A stretch of 32,000 nucleotides of DNA from Demequinaceae bacterium (GTDB lineage Bacteria > Actinomycetota > Actinomycetes > Actinomycetales > Demequinaceae). The stretch covers positions 1,170,001 to 1,202,000 of the forward strand of contig OZ252279.1 in assembly GCA_965250005.1 (NCBI GenBank). The letters run 5' to 3'. The translations under genes were made by a program, and so were the position numbers. Below the pieces are notes generated by a model. It did not search any database and had not been told where the DNA came from. It saw nothing but the letters and a program-made list of their open reading frames with translations. Shown piece after piece: positions 9,147 through 18,040 of the stretch. How positions within the stretch are numbered: position 1 is the first letter of the stretch; each line of letters starts with the position of its first letter.

Positions 9147-10577
9147 ATCGGTTTCATCGCTCGTCTTGTCAGACCAGTACGAGGGCTCTCCGTCCGCGCG
9201 CGGGTCCTGGCATACTTGGTAACCCTCACCGGCCTCGCGATCGCGCTCACTGGCCTGGTCGCGTACCTCCTGCAGGTAGCCAGCATCGATCGCGCTGTCA
9301 ACGAAGACCTCCGGCTGCGGACCACATCGTTCCAGGACCTCGCGTCCAAACCGGACCCGGCCACTGGCGAGCCCTACGCGAGCGCAGCGGATCTCATCAG
9401 AACCGGGATCCAGGGGGTGATCGCGAGCGAGACGGAGAGCGCGGTGGGCCACGTCAACGGCGTCGCCCGATTCGTCCCAGGTGGCGAGGATCGACTAGAA
9501 CTCTACGAGGACACAGCGTTCCTTTCGTACGTCAGCGATAACGCATCCACCACTGTCACGGTTCAGTCCCTGAGGACCGATGAGTCCGACTACCGATTCG
9601 TGGCAGTTCCGCTCGTCGACCCAAGCGGCCAGGTGGTCGGTACCTTCACCGTCGCGACGGATCGCGGAGCCCTCGTGGGCGACCTCAATCGGACGTACGG
9701 AGTGTTTGCTCTCGCGGGGCTGGTCTCGCTAGCCCTGGTGGGTGCTGTCGCCTGGGTGACCGTCGGCCGGCTCTTGCAGCCCATTCGCCTCCTCGACGAG
9801 GCGGCGCGAGACATCGGCGAGACGGACCTTGCACGCCGCATTCCCATCGTTGGAAACGACGACCTCGCGCGACTGTCCGAGACCGTCAACGCGATGCTCG
9901 ACCGGCTCGAGGGCGCGTTCTCTGCGCAACGCCAACTTCTCGATGACGCGGGCCACGAACTGCGCACGCCGCTGTCAATCATGCGCACCAACCTCGAACT
10001 GCTCGAGCCCCGCGACGCCGACCAAGTGGTAGAGACGCAGGCGCTGCTCCTGGACGAAATTGCGATGATGTCGCGGCTCGTTGACGACCTCGTGATCCTC
10101 GCGAAGGCCGACCGGCCCGAGTTTGTGAACATGGAGCGTACCGACCTTGCAGACCTAACCGATGCAACGTTCGCGCGCGCTCAGACATTTGGCGAGCGCA
10201 CCTGGACGCTCGAGACGCGCGGCGAAGGCGTGTTCGCGGGCGATCAGCAACGGCTCATCCAGGCGTGGATGCAACTAGTCGCCAACGCGGTCAAGTTCTC
10301 CGATCAGGACACCGTTGTGGCGCTCGGTAGCGCGAGGGAAGGCCGCGACGTGCGTCTGTGGGTACGCGACAAAGGCCGCGGCATACCGGCCGGCCAGCAG
10401 CGGCACGTACTCGAACGCTTCCACCGCGTGGATAACGCCATCGAGGGCGCCGGACTGGGGCTTCCTATTGTGGCCGCGATCGCCGCAGCTCACGGGGGTT
10501 CCGTCGAACTCAAGAGCGTGGTCAACAAGGGGTCCCTTTTCACGATTGTGATCCCCGCAGGGAAGGCGGCAGCATGA
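9147..10577 (+). CDS. Two-component sensor histidine kinase (HAMP, HisKA, HATPase)
   Basis: ORF track start is TTG 9216. HAMP-like region LLQPIRLLDEAARDIGETDLARRI, H box DAGHELRTPLSIMRTNLELL, G box RDKGRGIPAGQQRHVLERFHR. The start at 9147 (ATC) is my inference; see findings. Confidence 0.88.
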   Translation: MGFIARLVRPVRGLSVRARVLAYLVTLTGLAIALTGLVAYLLQVASIDRAVNEDLRLRTTSFQDLASKPDPATGEPYASAADLIRTGIQGVIASETESAVGHVNGVARFVPGGEDRLELYEDTAFLSYVSDNASTTVTVQSLRTDESDYRFVAVPLVDPSGQVVGTFTVATDRGALVGDLNRTYGVFALAGLVSLALVGAVAWVTVGRLLQPIRLLDEAARDIGETDLARRIPIVGNDDLARLSETVNAMLDRLEGAFSAQRQLLDDAGHELRTPLSIMRTNLELLEPRDADQVVETQALLLDEIAMMSRLVDDLVILAKADRPEFVNMERTDLADLTDATFARAQTFGERTWTLETRGEGVFAGDQQRLIQAWMQLVANAVKFSDQDTVVALGSAREGRDVRLWVRDKGRGIPAGQQRHVLERFHRVDNAIEGAGLGLPIVAAIAAAHGGSVELKSVVNKGSLFTIVIPAGKAAA

Positions 10578-11233
10578 CTCGGCTCTTGCTAGTGGAGGAC
10601 GAGGAGCGCCTGGTCGCGTCGCTCTCGGACGGGTTACGCACCGCTCAAATCGACGTAGTTGCAGCTCGGACGGGCCGCGAGGGTCTTGAGCTCGCTACCA
10701 CCGGCGACTTTGACGTCATGGTGCTCGACATCGGGCTTCCCGATCAGGAGGGCTTCACGGTGCTCCGCAAACTGCGCGCGACTGGCTCGGACCTCCCGGT
10801 GATCATCCTCACGGCGCGAACATCTGCGGAGGACACGGTGCGCGGCTTGGAGCGCGGCGCCGACGACTACATGACGAAGCCGTTCTCGTTCGACGAACTG
10901 CTCGCGCGCATCCGACTGCGCGAGCGCCGTGGCGACGCACCCCATCCCGCGATCGCCGTACTGACGGCTGGCCGCTGCACCCTTGATCCGCTGGCGCGCA
11001 CGCTCGACCTCGACGGCGACCCTGTCGCCCTATCCAACCGGGAGTTTCAGCTCGCGCACCTGCTCATGTCGAAGGGCGGTGAGATCGTGACCCGTGCCGA
11101 GGCGATGGAGCATGTCTGGGGTTCTGCGGCGCGCGAAAACGTCCTCGATGTATACATCCGCTACCTCCGTTCACGCCTCGGCCAGGAGGCAATCGAGACC
11201 GTCCGCGGCAAAGGATACCGGTTCGTGGGCTGA
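10574..11233 (+). CDS. Response regulator, OmpR/PhoB family
   Basis: MTRLLLVEDEERLVASLSDGLRTAQIDVVAARTGREGLEL...DVMVLDIGLPDQEGFTVL plus winged-helix output domain (VWGSAARENVLDVYIRYLRSRLG); overlaps the kinase stop. Confidence 0.95.
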   Translation: MTRLLLVEDEERLVASLSDGLRTAQIDVVAARTGREGLELATTGDFDVMVLDIGLPDQEGFTVLRKLRATGSDLPVIILTARTSAEDTVRGLERGADDYMTKPFSFDELLARIRLRERRGDAPHPAIAVLTAGRCTLDPLARTLDLDGDPVALSNREFQLAHLLMSKGGEIVTRAEAMEHVWGSAARENVLDVYIRYLRSRLGQEAIETVRGKGYRFVG

Positions 11234-11301
11234 AGTCCACCCCCGGTTAGTCGTCCTCCAGGCCGATACCGCCGAGCGGTGCGTGCCTCTAGCATCGAGG
11301 C

Positions 11302-12564
11302 ATGGAACTCTCCACGCGGATCAAGGAAGCGACAGGCATTCGCCTGGTCGACATAGCGGTGGCTCTTGGCCTGCTCGCCGCAGCCTTCCTCACCGTGGGC
11401 GGCTTCGCCGACCCCGTTGACATCGTTTTTCGCGAGCGCGACGTCCTCGGCTTCGCGCTACTTGTGGGCCAGACCGTCCCGTTGATTTGGAGGCAGGTCG
11501 CCCCGCGCCTGATGTTCGTCATCATCCTGATCGCTTGGGTAACCGACGTGGGGCTCGCGTACGAGGCGTCCATCGCGGGCGTCGGCATTGTGGTGGCGAT
11601 GCACGCCATCGGCGCGTTCCTGCCACGCAAGCAGGCGCTGATCACCGCCGGGGTCGCTCTGGTGGTGGGCATCGGCTGGACGCTGGTGGGGACGTTTCAG
11701 AATCCCGCCGTCGGCCCGATTCAAGTCTTCAGTGTCGTGCTTGGCGTGACCGTGCCGTTCGCCATGGGTCGCGCGGATGCGAGCAAGCGCGATCGACTTA
11801 CCGAACTCGAGATCACCCACCTGAGCGCCCACCAGGCCCAACAGGAAGCCTCCGACGCCGCCGTGCGCACCGAGCGCGCCCGGATCGCGCGCGAACTCCA
11901 CGACGTTGTCGCTCACGAGATCACCGTGATGACGCTTCAAGCCGAGGGCGCGCGGCGGCAGTCGGGCGATGCCAATCCACAAGTGTCTGAGGCCCTCGCG
12001 GTCATCAGTGCCTCGGGACGCAAGGGGCTCGATGAGATGCAGCGCATGATCGGCGTGCTGCGCGATACATCGGAGTACGACTCCGGGGACGAGCCTGCCA
12101 TCGGGACTCCGCATGTGTCGTCACGGGCCTCGGACTTGTCCCCGGTCCCAGCCCTGAGTTCGCTGCCCGCGCTCGCCAAGCAGGTAGAGGGGTCGGGCCT
12201 GCCTGTCGAGCTCCACATCTCCGGCAACGCCCACGTCCCCGCAGGGGTCGAGCTCAGCGCCTACCGAATCGTGCAGGAGTCCCTCACCAATGCGCTCAAA
12301 CACGCTGGCCCGGGCGCGACGGCGACGGTCTCCGTGAAGCGCGCCAAGAACGCCGTCACCGTGACTGTGGAGGACGACGGCCGAGGAGTCATATTGGAAG
12401 CCACGAACACGAGCGGCGGCCACGGCCTGGCGGGCATGCGCGAGCGCGTGCTGACCCTGGGCGGCAGCATAGAATTCGGCCCGCGCCCAGGTGGTGGATT
12501 CCGCGTTCGCGCCACTCTGCCGTCCCACGACGACACGGTGACGCCCGCGAGAAGGACGCGCTAG
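11302..12564 (+). CDS. Sensor histidine kinase, NarL/DesK type (HisKA_3)
   Basis: N-terminal membrane helices, RTERARIARELHDVVAHEITVMTLQAEGARR, ATPase region NALKHAGPGATATVSVKRAKNAVTVTVEDDGRG...GHGLAGMRERVLTLGG. Confidence 0.94.
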   Translation: MELSTRIKEATGIRLVDIAVALGLLAAAFLTVGGFADPVDIVFRERDVLGFALLVGQTVPLIWRQVAPRLMFVIILIAWVTDVGLAYEASIAGVGIVVAMHAIGAFLPRKQALITAGVALVVGIGWTLVGTFQNPAVGPIQVFSVVLGVTVPFAMGRADASKRDRLTELEITHLSAHQAQQEASDAAVRTERARIARELHDVVAHEITVMTLQAEGARRQSGDANPQVSEALAVISASGRKGLDEMQRMIGVLRDTSEYDSGDEPAIGTPHVSSRASDLSPVPALSSLPALAKQVEGSGLPVELHISGNAHVPAGVELSAYRIVQESLTNALKHAGPGATATVSVKRAKNAVTVTVEDDGRGVILEATNTSGGHGLAGMRERVLTLGGSIEFGPRPGGGFRVRATLPSHDDTVTPARRTR

Positions 12565-12607
12565 CGCAGTTGTTTGGCTAGTGTCGGACCGTGGGCAAGG
12601 AGATTCG

Positions 12608-13282
12608 GTGATCAAGGTCATGCTGGTGGACGACCAGGCCATGGTGCGCGCCGGGCTGCGCATGATCCTCGACGCAGAACCGGATGTCGACGTCTGCTGC
12701 GAGGTGGACGACGGGGCCAAGGCTGCCGCAGCGGTCACCGAACACTCACCTGACGTGATCTTCATGGACATCCGCATGCCCGGCATGGACGGCCTCACCG
12801 CTACCCGCGAGATTCTCGCCGCGCACCCTGCGGCCCGCGTCGTGGTCCTGACCACCTTCGACCTCGACGAATACGTCTACGAGGCTCTCCGCGCTGGCGC
12901 GTCCGGCTTCCTGCTCAAGAGCGCCAGCGGCGACGCACTGGTGAACGCCGTGAATGTAGTAGCCGCCGGCGAGGCGCTGCTTGCCCCGGAGGTGACCCGC
13001 CGCGTGATCGAACAGTTCACAAGCGGCAATGGCGCGAGTTCCGATGGATCCCCGCACGTTCCGAGCGCCGAGGCCATCGGTGACCTGAGCGAACGCGAGG
13101 TCGAAGTCCTCCAGTTGATTTCCCGCGGACTCTCGAACCAGGAGATTGCTGACGAGCTCTTCCTGAGCCCCACCACTATCAAGACTCACGTCTCACACAT
13201 CCTCACCAAACTGGGTGTGCGCGACCGCGTTCAGGCCGTGGTTGAGGCGTACGACTCGGGCATCGTCGCACCACGGGGGTAA
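12608..13282 (+). CDS. Response regulator, NarL/LuxR family
   Basis: VIKVMLVDDQAMVRAGLRMILDAEPDVDVCCEVDDG...DVIFMDIRMPGMDGL; LSEREVEVLQLISRGLSNQEIADELFLSPTTIKTHVSHILTKLG. ORF opens at 12581; GTG at 12608 has AAGGAG upstream. Confidence 0.93.
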   Translation: MIKVMLVDDQAMVRAGLRMILDAEPDVDVCCEVDDGAKAAAAVTEHSPDVIFMDIRMPGMDGLTATREILAAHPAARVVVLTTFDLDEYVYEALRAGASGFLLKSASGDALVNAVNVVAAGEALLAPEVTRRVIEQFTSGNGASSDGSPHVPSAEAIGDLSEREVEVLQLISRGLSNQEIADELFLSPTTIKTHVSHILTKLGVRDRVQAVVEAYDSGIVAPRG

Positions 13283-13289
13283 CGCCGCG

Positions 13290-13308
13290 AGGCCCCGCGA
13301 CGGGGCTT
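13290..13308 (+). terminator. Short GC-rich hairpin, probable terminator after the response regulator gene
   Basis: AGGCCCCGCGACGGGGCTT inverted repeat 8 bp after the stop codon; no strong U tract. Confidence 0.5.
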
Positions 13309-13486
13309 CACGAGTGCGCAAGCTTGAGGCGCACCAACTTACTGCGCCCTCCACGAAGGGGTCGGGGTCATCCCCGAGACGGATGGAACAGAACCGTCCT
13401 CCCGGCCGATACCGCTCACGAGCATCGCGCATCACACTTGTCGAGTAGACGTAACCCCTTCTGCAATCACCATCGAGAGGTTCAAC

Positions 13487-14239
13487 ATGTCCACCCCCAC
13501 CACTAAGGCGCCGTCCAAGTACGCCGCATCCATGAAAAATGGCTACAAGGACTACGGAACAGGCGAGATGGCCGTACGCGCGCTCGACGGCATCAGCGTC
13601 GACCTCAAGCGCGGCGAGTTCACCGCCATCATGGGCCCGTCCGGCTCCGGCAAGTCGACCCTGCTTCACACGCTCGCAGGGCTCGACTTCCTCACCGCAG
13701 GCGAGTCGTTCATTGGCGACATCAATCTCACCCACCTCAACGAGGCTCAAGTTACCGAAGTCCGGCGCGACCACATCGGTTTCGTCTTCCAGGCCTACAA
13801 CCTGATCCCCGCGCTCGATGCGTCAGAGAACATTCGGCTGCCGCTCGACATCGCTCGCAAACAGGTTGACGAGGAATGGTTTGATCAAATCGTTGAGGTC
13901 CTCGGCCTGGGCGACCGTCTCGATCACCTTCCGTCGGAACTCTCCGGTGGCCAGCAGCAGCGCGTGGCAGTAGCCCGCGCACTCATCTCGAAGCCCGAGA
14001 TCATTTTTGGTGACGAACCCTCTGGAAACCTCGACTCGAAGTCGGGCGCCGAATTGCTCAACTTCCTTCGTCGTGCTGTTCGAGAATTCGGCCAGACCAT
14101 CGTGATGGTCACGCACGACCCGAGCGCCGCATCGTACGCTGACCGGATTCTCTTCATCGAAGACGGCAAAGTCGTCGACGAGATGGCCAACCCCACCTCC
14201 GCCAAGGTCCTGGACCGCATGAAGAAGATGGGGGCGTAG
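13487..14239 (+). CDS. ABC transporter ATP-binding protein (MacB/LolD type)
   Basis: MGPSGSGKSTLLHTLAGLDFLTAGE, LSGGQQQRVAVARALISKPEIIFGDEPSGNLD. Confidence 0.95.
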   Translation: MSTPTTKAPSKYAASMKNGYKDYGTGEMAVRALDGISVDLKRGEFTAIMGPSGSGKSTLLHTLAGLDFLTAGESFIGDINLTHLNEAQVTEVRRDHIGFVFQAYNLIPALDASENIRLPLDIARKQVDEEWFDQIVEVLGLGDRLDHLPSELSGGQQQRVAVARALISKPEIIFGDEPSGNLDSKSGAELLNFLRRAVREFGQTIVMVTHDPSAASYADRILFIEDGKVVDEMANPTSAKVLDRMKKMGA

Positions 14240-14245
14240 GGCCGC

Positions 14246-16783
14246 ATGCTTCGTCTCGCACTCAAATCGGTCAAGCACAAGCCAGCCAGGCTAACGCTGA
14301 CCGTCGCAGCAATCGCCCTAGGAGTCTCGTTCATCGCGGGATCCTACATCTTCACCAACTCGATCAAGTCAGCCTTTGATGGCCTGCTCGGCGAGATTTA
14401 TGCGGGTACCGACGTCACTGTGATTCCGACCGACACGGTCAATAGCCAGACCGCACCGAGCGATGAGGTCGAGGGTTTCCCTCGCTCTGTGCTCGATGAC
14501 GTTCAGGCGGTGGAAGGCGTCGCCGTCGCCGAGGGTGGCGTCAACGGTTTGACACAACTCTTCACCGAAGAAGGCGAGCCTGTCGGCACCCAAGGCCCGC
14601 CCACCATTGTCACTCACGCTGCAGTGAACCCAGAGTTCAACGTCATCGAGATTGTCGAGGGTGAATTCGCATCGACGAGCAGTCAAATCGCCATTGACAT
14701 CGGCACGGCTGACCGCGTTGGACTCGCAATCGGTGACTCAGTCTACATCCAACAAGACGATGGTCGCGATGGGTACCGAATTACCGGCCTGGTGTCGTTC
14801 GGAGAGCAGAACACTTTGCTCGGCGCGACGCTCGCGCTCTTTACGATCGACGAAGCAACAGCGATTCTCGAACTTGACGGTGAGTTCACGGGGCTGACGA
14901 TCTCAGCCGAGACTGGCGTTGAACCTGAAGAGCTAAGGGATCGCATCCAGGAAGTGCTGCCTGAAGGTGTCTCGGCGCTGACCGCAAGCGAGCAGCAGGC
15001 GAATGAAGCAGCCGAAGTTGGCGAAGGTCTGGACTTCATTAACACCTTCCTCCTGGTCTTCGCCTACATTTCAGTATTCGTGGGCGCGTTCATCATCTAC
15101 AACACGTTCCGAATCATCGTTGCCCAGCGCAACAAAGAACTCGGACTTCTTCGCGCAATCGGTGCACGCCCCTCGCAGGTCGTGCGCAGCATTCTCGTGG
15201 AAGCGCTCATCCTCGCGATCGTCGCATCGATCGTCGGTATGGGGCTCGGGTTTGGCGTGGCAGCGCTCATCGAGACCCTGTTCGAAGCCGGTGGTGGCGA
15301 CATCCCGGTTGGTGACAAGTCACTCACATTTGAGGCAGTGGCATCTTCGCTACTGACAGGTATCATCATCACGATTCTGTCGGCGCTGCTCCCCGCCATC
15401 CACGCGTCGCGCGTCAGCCCGATGGAGGCACTGCGCGAGAGCGCTGGTTCAGCAAGGAAACCTCTCCGCGGGCTCACCATTGCCGGTGTAATCGTCTTCA
15501 GCCTCGGTGCCATGATGATCGCTGGGGGGCTACTCGCCCCGCTGCCGTCACCTGCGTCATTCGTGGGCTTCGGGGCGCTGTTCGTCTTCGTGGGCGTCTT
15601 CCTTATGTCTGCGCAACTTGCCGTTCCGGTGTCCCGCTGGCTCACCAAGCCGCTCACGGCAATTGGCGGCGCGTCAGGCAAACTCGCTGCAAGCAATCTC
15701 CGACGGGAGGCTCGCAGGACCGCCTCTACGTCAGCGGCCCTGATGGTCGGTGTGAGCATCGTGACGCTAGTAGCGACGTTCGCAGCGTCAGTAAATGACA
15801 CGCTCGACGATTTCCTGAGGGATTCCTTCCCGGCGGACTTCATCGTGCAGCCCAAGGGGGCGGGCTTCGACCCATTTGCCACAATTCCGAATGGTGTTGC
15901 ACCGGCGCTTGCTGACCTTGACGTGGTCGCGTTAGCGTCGCCCTACGCCGTACTCCTCGTGGACGTCGAAGGTGCAGAGGATTTCGTCGGCATCATGGAC
16001 GCTGAGACGGTCGAGCAAGCCATCGACCTGCACGCGACACCCGAATTCTCGACTGTCGGCGACGGAGTGTTCGTTCTCGAGGCATACATCGGTGACAAGT
16101 ACGAACTCGGCGATTTCATCACCATCGACGGGCCCAGCGGGCTTCAAGATGTGGAAATCGTTGGCACCGTCGCAGACGGCGCCAACGGAAACTACCTCGT
16201 GAGCTATGACGTCGGTCAGTTGCTTGATGACGACTTGTCCGACTCGGGAGTGATGTTGCGACTCGAGCTCGACACCACCGTCGAAGACGCCCGCATTCTC
16301 ATCGACGAGGCTCTCGTCGACTACCCGACTGCCGAGGCGCTCAGTCTCGGCGACCTGGCGGATGTATTCCGGGGCTTCCTCAACACCTTCGTCAATCTGT
16401 TGACGGGTCTACTCGGACTTGCATTGTTCATCGCGGTGGTTGGTATCGCCAACACACTCTTGCTGTCGGTGACCGAGCGCACACACGAAATTGGGCTGCT
16501 CAGGGCGGTCGGGCTAGATCGCCGATCCACCGGACTCATGATCGGCTGGGAATCGATAGTGACGGCACTCTTTGGCGCCGTCATAGGCATGGTGCTCGGT
16601 GTAGTGCTGGCGTGGGCGATCATCTCTTCGCTCCGCGACAGTGGGTTCACCGGGTTCGCCATCCCGTGGGTGAACATCGGGCTCTACACAGGATTCGCGG
16701 TGTTTGCTGGAATCGCAGCGGCCATTTGGCCCGCGATGAAGGCGGCACGCCTCAACATCCTCGAGGCAATCGCCACAGAATAG
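14246..16783 (+). CDS. FtsX-like ABC transporter permease (two FtsX domains)
   Basis: 845 aa. TM and extracellular pattern typical of the family (ISVFVGAFIIYNTFRIIVAQRNKELGLLRAIGARPSQV; VVGIANTLLLSVTERTHEIGLLRAVGLDRRS). Confidence 0.94.
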   Translation: MLRLALKSVKHKPARLTLTVAAIALGVSFIAGSYIFTNSIKSAFDGLLGEIYAGTDVTVIPTDTVNSQTAPSDEVEGFPRSVLDDVQAVEGVAVAEGGVNGLTQLFTEEGEPVGTQGPPTIVTHAAVNPEFNVIEIVEGEFASTSSQIAIDIGTADRVGLAIGDSVYIQQDDGRDGYRITGLVSFGEQNTLLGATLALFTIDEATAILELDGEFTGLTISAETGVEPEELRDRIQEVLPEGVSALTASEQQANEAAEVGEGLDFINTFLLVFAYISVFVGAFIIYNTFRIIVAQRNKELGLLRAIGARPSQVVRSILVEALILAIVASIVGMGLGFGVAALIETLFEAGGGDIPVGDKSLTFEAVASSLLTGIIITILSALLPAIHASRVSPMEALRESAGSARKPLRGLTIAGVIVFSLGAMMIAGGLLAPLPSPASFVGFGALFVFVGVFLMSAQLAVPVSRWLTKPLTAIGGASGKLAASNLRREARRTASTSAALMVGVSIVTLVATFAASVNDTLDDFLRDSFPADFIVQPKGAGFDPFATIPNGVAPALADLDVVALASPYAVLLVDVEGAEDFVGIMDAETVEQAIDLHATPEFSTVGDGVFVLEAYIGDKYELGDFITIDGPSGLQDVEIVGTVADGANGNYLVSYDVGQLLDDDLSDSGVMLRLELDTTVEDARILIDEALVDYPTAEALSLGDLADVFRGFLNTFVNLLTGLLGLALFIAVVGIANTLLLSVTERTHEIGLLRAVGLDRRSTGLMIGWESIVTALFGAVIGMVLGVVLAWAIISSLRDSGFTGFAIPWVNIGLYTGFAVFAGIAAAIWPAMKAARLNILEAIATE

Positions 16784-16811
16784 AAGGTGCTCGCAGGCCG
16801 CAACGCCTGAT

Positions 16812-16845
16812 CGAGGGGTCCGGACCGCAAGGTTCGGGCCCCTCG
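16812..16845. terminator. Bidirectional hairpin between the convergent FtsX-type gene and murB
   Basis: 13-bp stem CGAGGGGTCCGGA / TTCGGGCCCCTCG with G-U pairs (16812-16824 / 16833-16845). Confidence 0.6.
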
Positions 16846-16857
16846 TTGCGTCGGTGG

Positions 16858-17946
16858 CTAGAGTTCGACGCCCAGCAGCACGGGCTCTGCGGCGAGCACG
16901 ACGCCGAACTTCTCGCGGACGCCGTCGCGTACGTGACGTGCAAGCACCGCAATATCCGTTGCGGTCGCCCCACCGCGGTTGGTGATCGCGAGCGTGTGCT
17001 TGCTCGACAGCGCCGCCGAGGACCCCTCGAGCGCGAACCCCTTGCCGAACCCCGCCTGCTCGATCAACCAGGCGGCGGACGTCTTTACCGCCCCGTCAGG
17101 CGCGTCTACCCCCGCCTGATGACGAGGCGCGCTAGCGGGGAGACGCGCGGCATCGTCCGCACTCAAAACGGGGTTGGTAAAGAACGAGCCAGCGCTAGAG
17201 GTATCCGGGTCATCAGCGTCGAGCACCATCCCCTTAGAGCGGCGAAGTTCAAGTACCGCGGCGCGAACGTCCGTGAGGAGCGCCCGCTCGCCCACGTCGA
17301 TGCCGAGCGCGGCCGCCAGTCCTGCGTACTCGATTGGCCGTGACAACGTGGCGAACCGCAGTTGGAAGGTTACGTCCAGAACGACGTACCGGGGGGTCGG
17401 GTGCCACACCCGCCCCTCGCCAGCCTCTCCCCGCATAGAGCGCTTGAGCAAGGAATCGCGGTAGGCGAACGCGCAGTCGATGCGAGCGAGCGTGCGGATA
17501 CGGGACTCAGTGCGGTCCCAGGTGCGGACGATCGCGATGGTCTGCGACACTTCTTGGCCGTAGGCGCCAACGTTCTGAACCGGGGTCGCGCCGGTGGAGC
17601 CGGGGATGCCCGAGAGCGCCTCAATGCCCAGCCAGCCCTCGGCTACGGCGCGTTCGACGAGCCCGTCCCATGGAACTCCAGCGGCGACCGTGACGCCCGC
17701 ACCTCCGCAGGACGGATCGTCGGACACCTTGACGTCCGTGCGTCGGTCCCGCACCACGACCCCGTCGAAGCCGTCGTCGCTCCCAAAGAGGTTCGAGCCG
17801 CCGCCCAACACCAGCAAGGGGGTGTCGGCGTCGTCCGCCGCGCGAATAGCGTCGATGAACTCTCGCTCGGCGTGAACGTCCACCAACGTGCCGACGGGGC
17901 CCCCCACGCCTAACGTCGTAAGCGCGGCGAGCGTGGAGTCCGTCAT
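16858..17946 (-). CDS. murB: UDP-N-acetylmuramate dehydrogenase
   Basis: MTDSTLAALTTLGVGGPVGTLVDVHAEREFIDAIRAADDADTPLLVLGGGSNLFGSDDGFDGVVV...GIPGSTGATPVQNVGAYGQEVSQTI...SSAALSSKHTLAITNRGGATATDI. ORF opens at 18099; ATG at 17946 is the likely start. Confidence 0.95.
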   Translation of the reverse strand: MTDSTLAALTTLGVGGPVGTLVDVHAEREFIDAIRAADDADTPLLVLGGGSNLFGSDDGFDGVVVRDRRTDVKVSDDPSCGGAGVTVAAGVPWDGLVERAVAEGWLGIEALSGIPGSTGATPVQNVGAYGQEVSQTIAIVRTWDRTESRIRTLARIDCAFAYRDSLLKRSMRGEAGEGRVWHPTPRYVVLDVTFQLRFATLSRPIEYAGLAAALGIDVGERALLTDVRAAVLELRRSKGMVLDADDPDTSSAGSFFTNPVLSADDAARLPASAPRHQAGVDAPDGAVKTSAAWLIEQAGFGKGFALEGSSAALSSKHTLAITNRGGATATDIAVLARHVRDGVREKFGVVLAAEPVLLGVEL

Positions 17947-18040
17947 GCCCCAACAGTATCCGGCAAAGCCTGGCAAGAAGAGTCGCGACCGAGCAGTAGT
18001 CCTTGCGCAGGAACCAATCGGTTCGTGTGCGGCCCACGCC

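Noticed and set aside
13193-13774. 193-aa minus-strand ORF spanning the regulator-ABC intergenic region
   Set aside because: Overlaps the conserved 5' end of the ABC ATPase and the 3' end of the regulator; no motif or convincing start.
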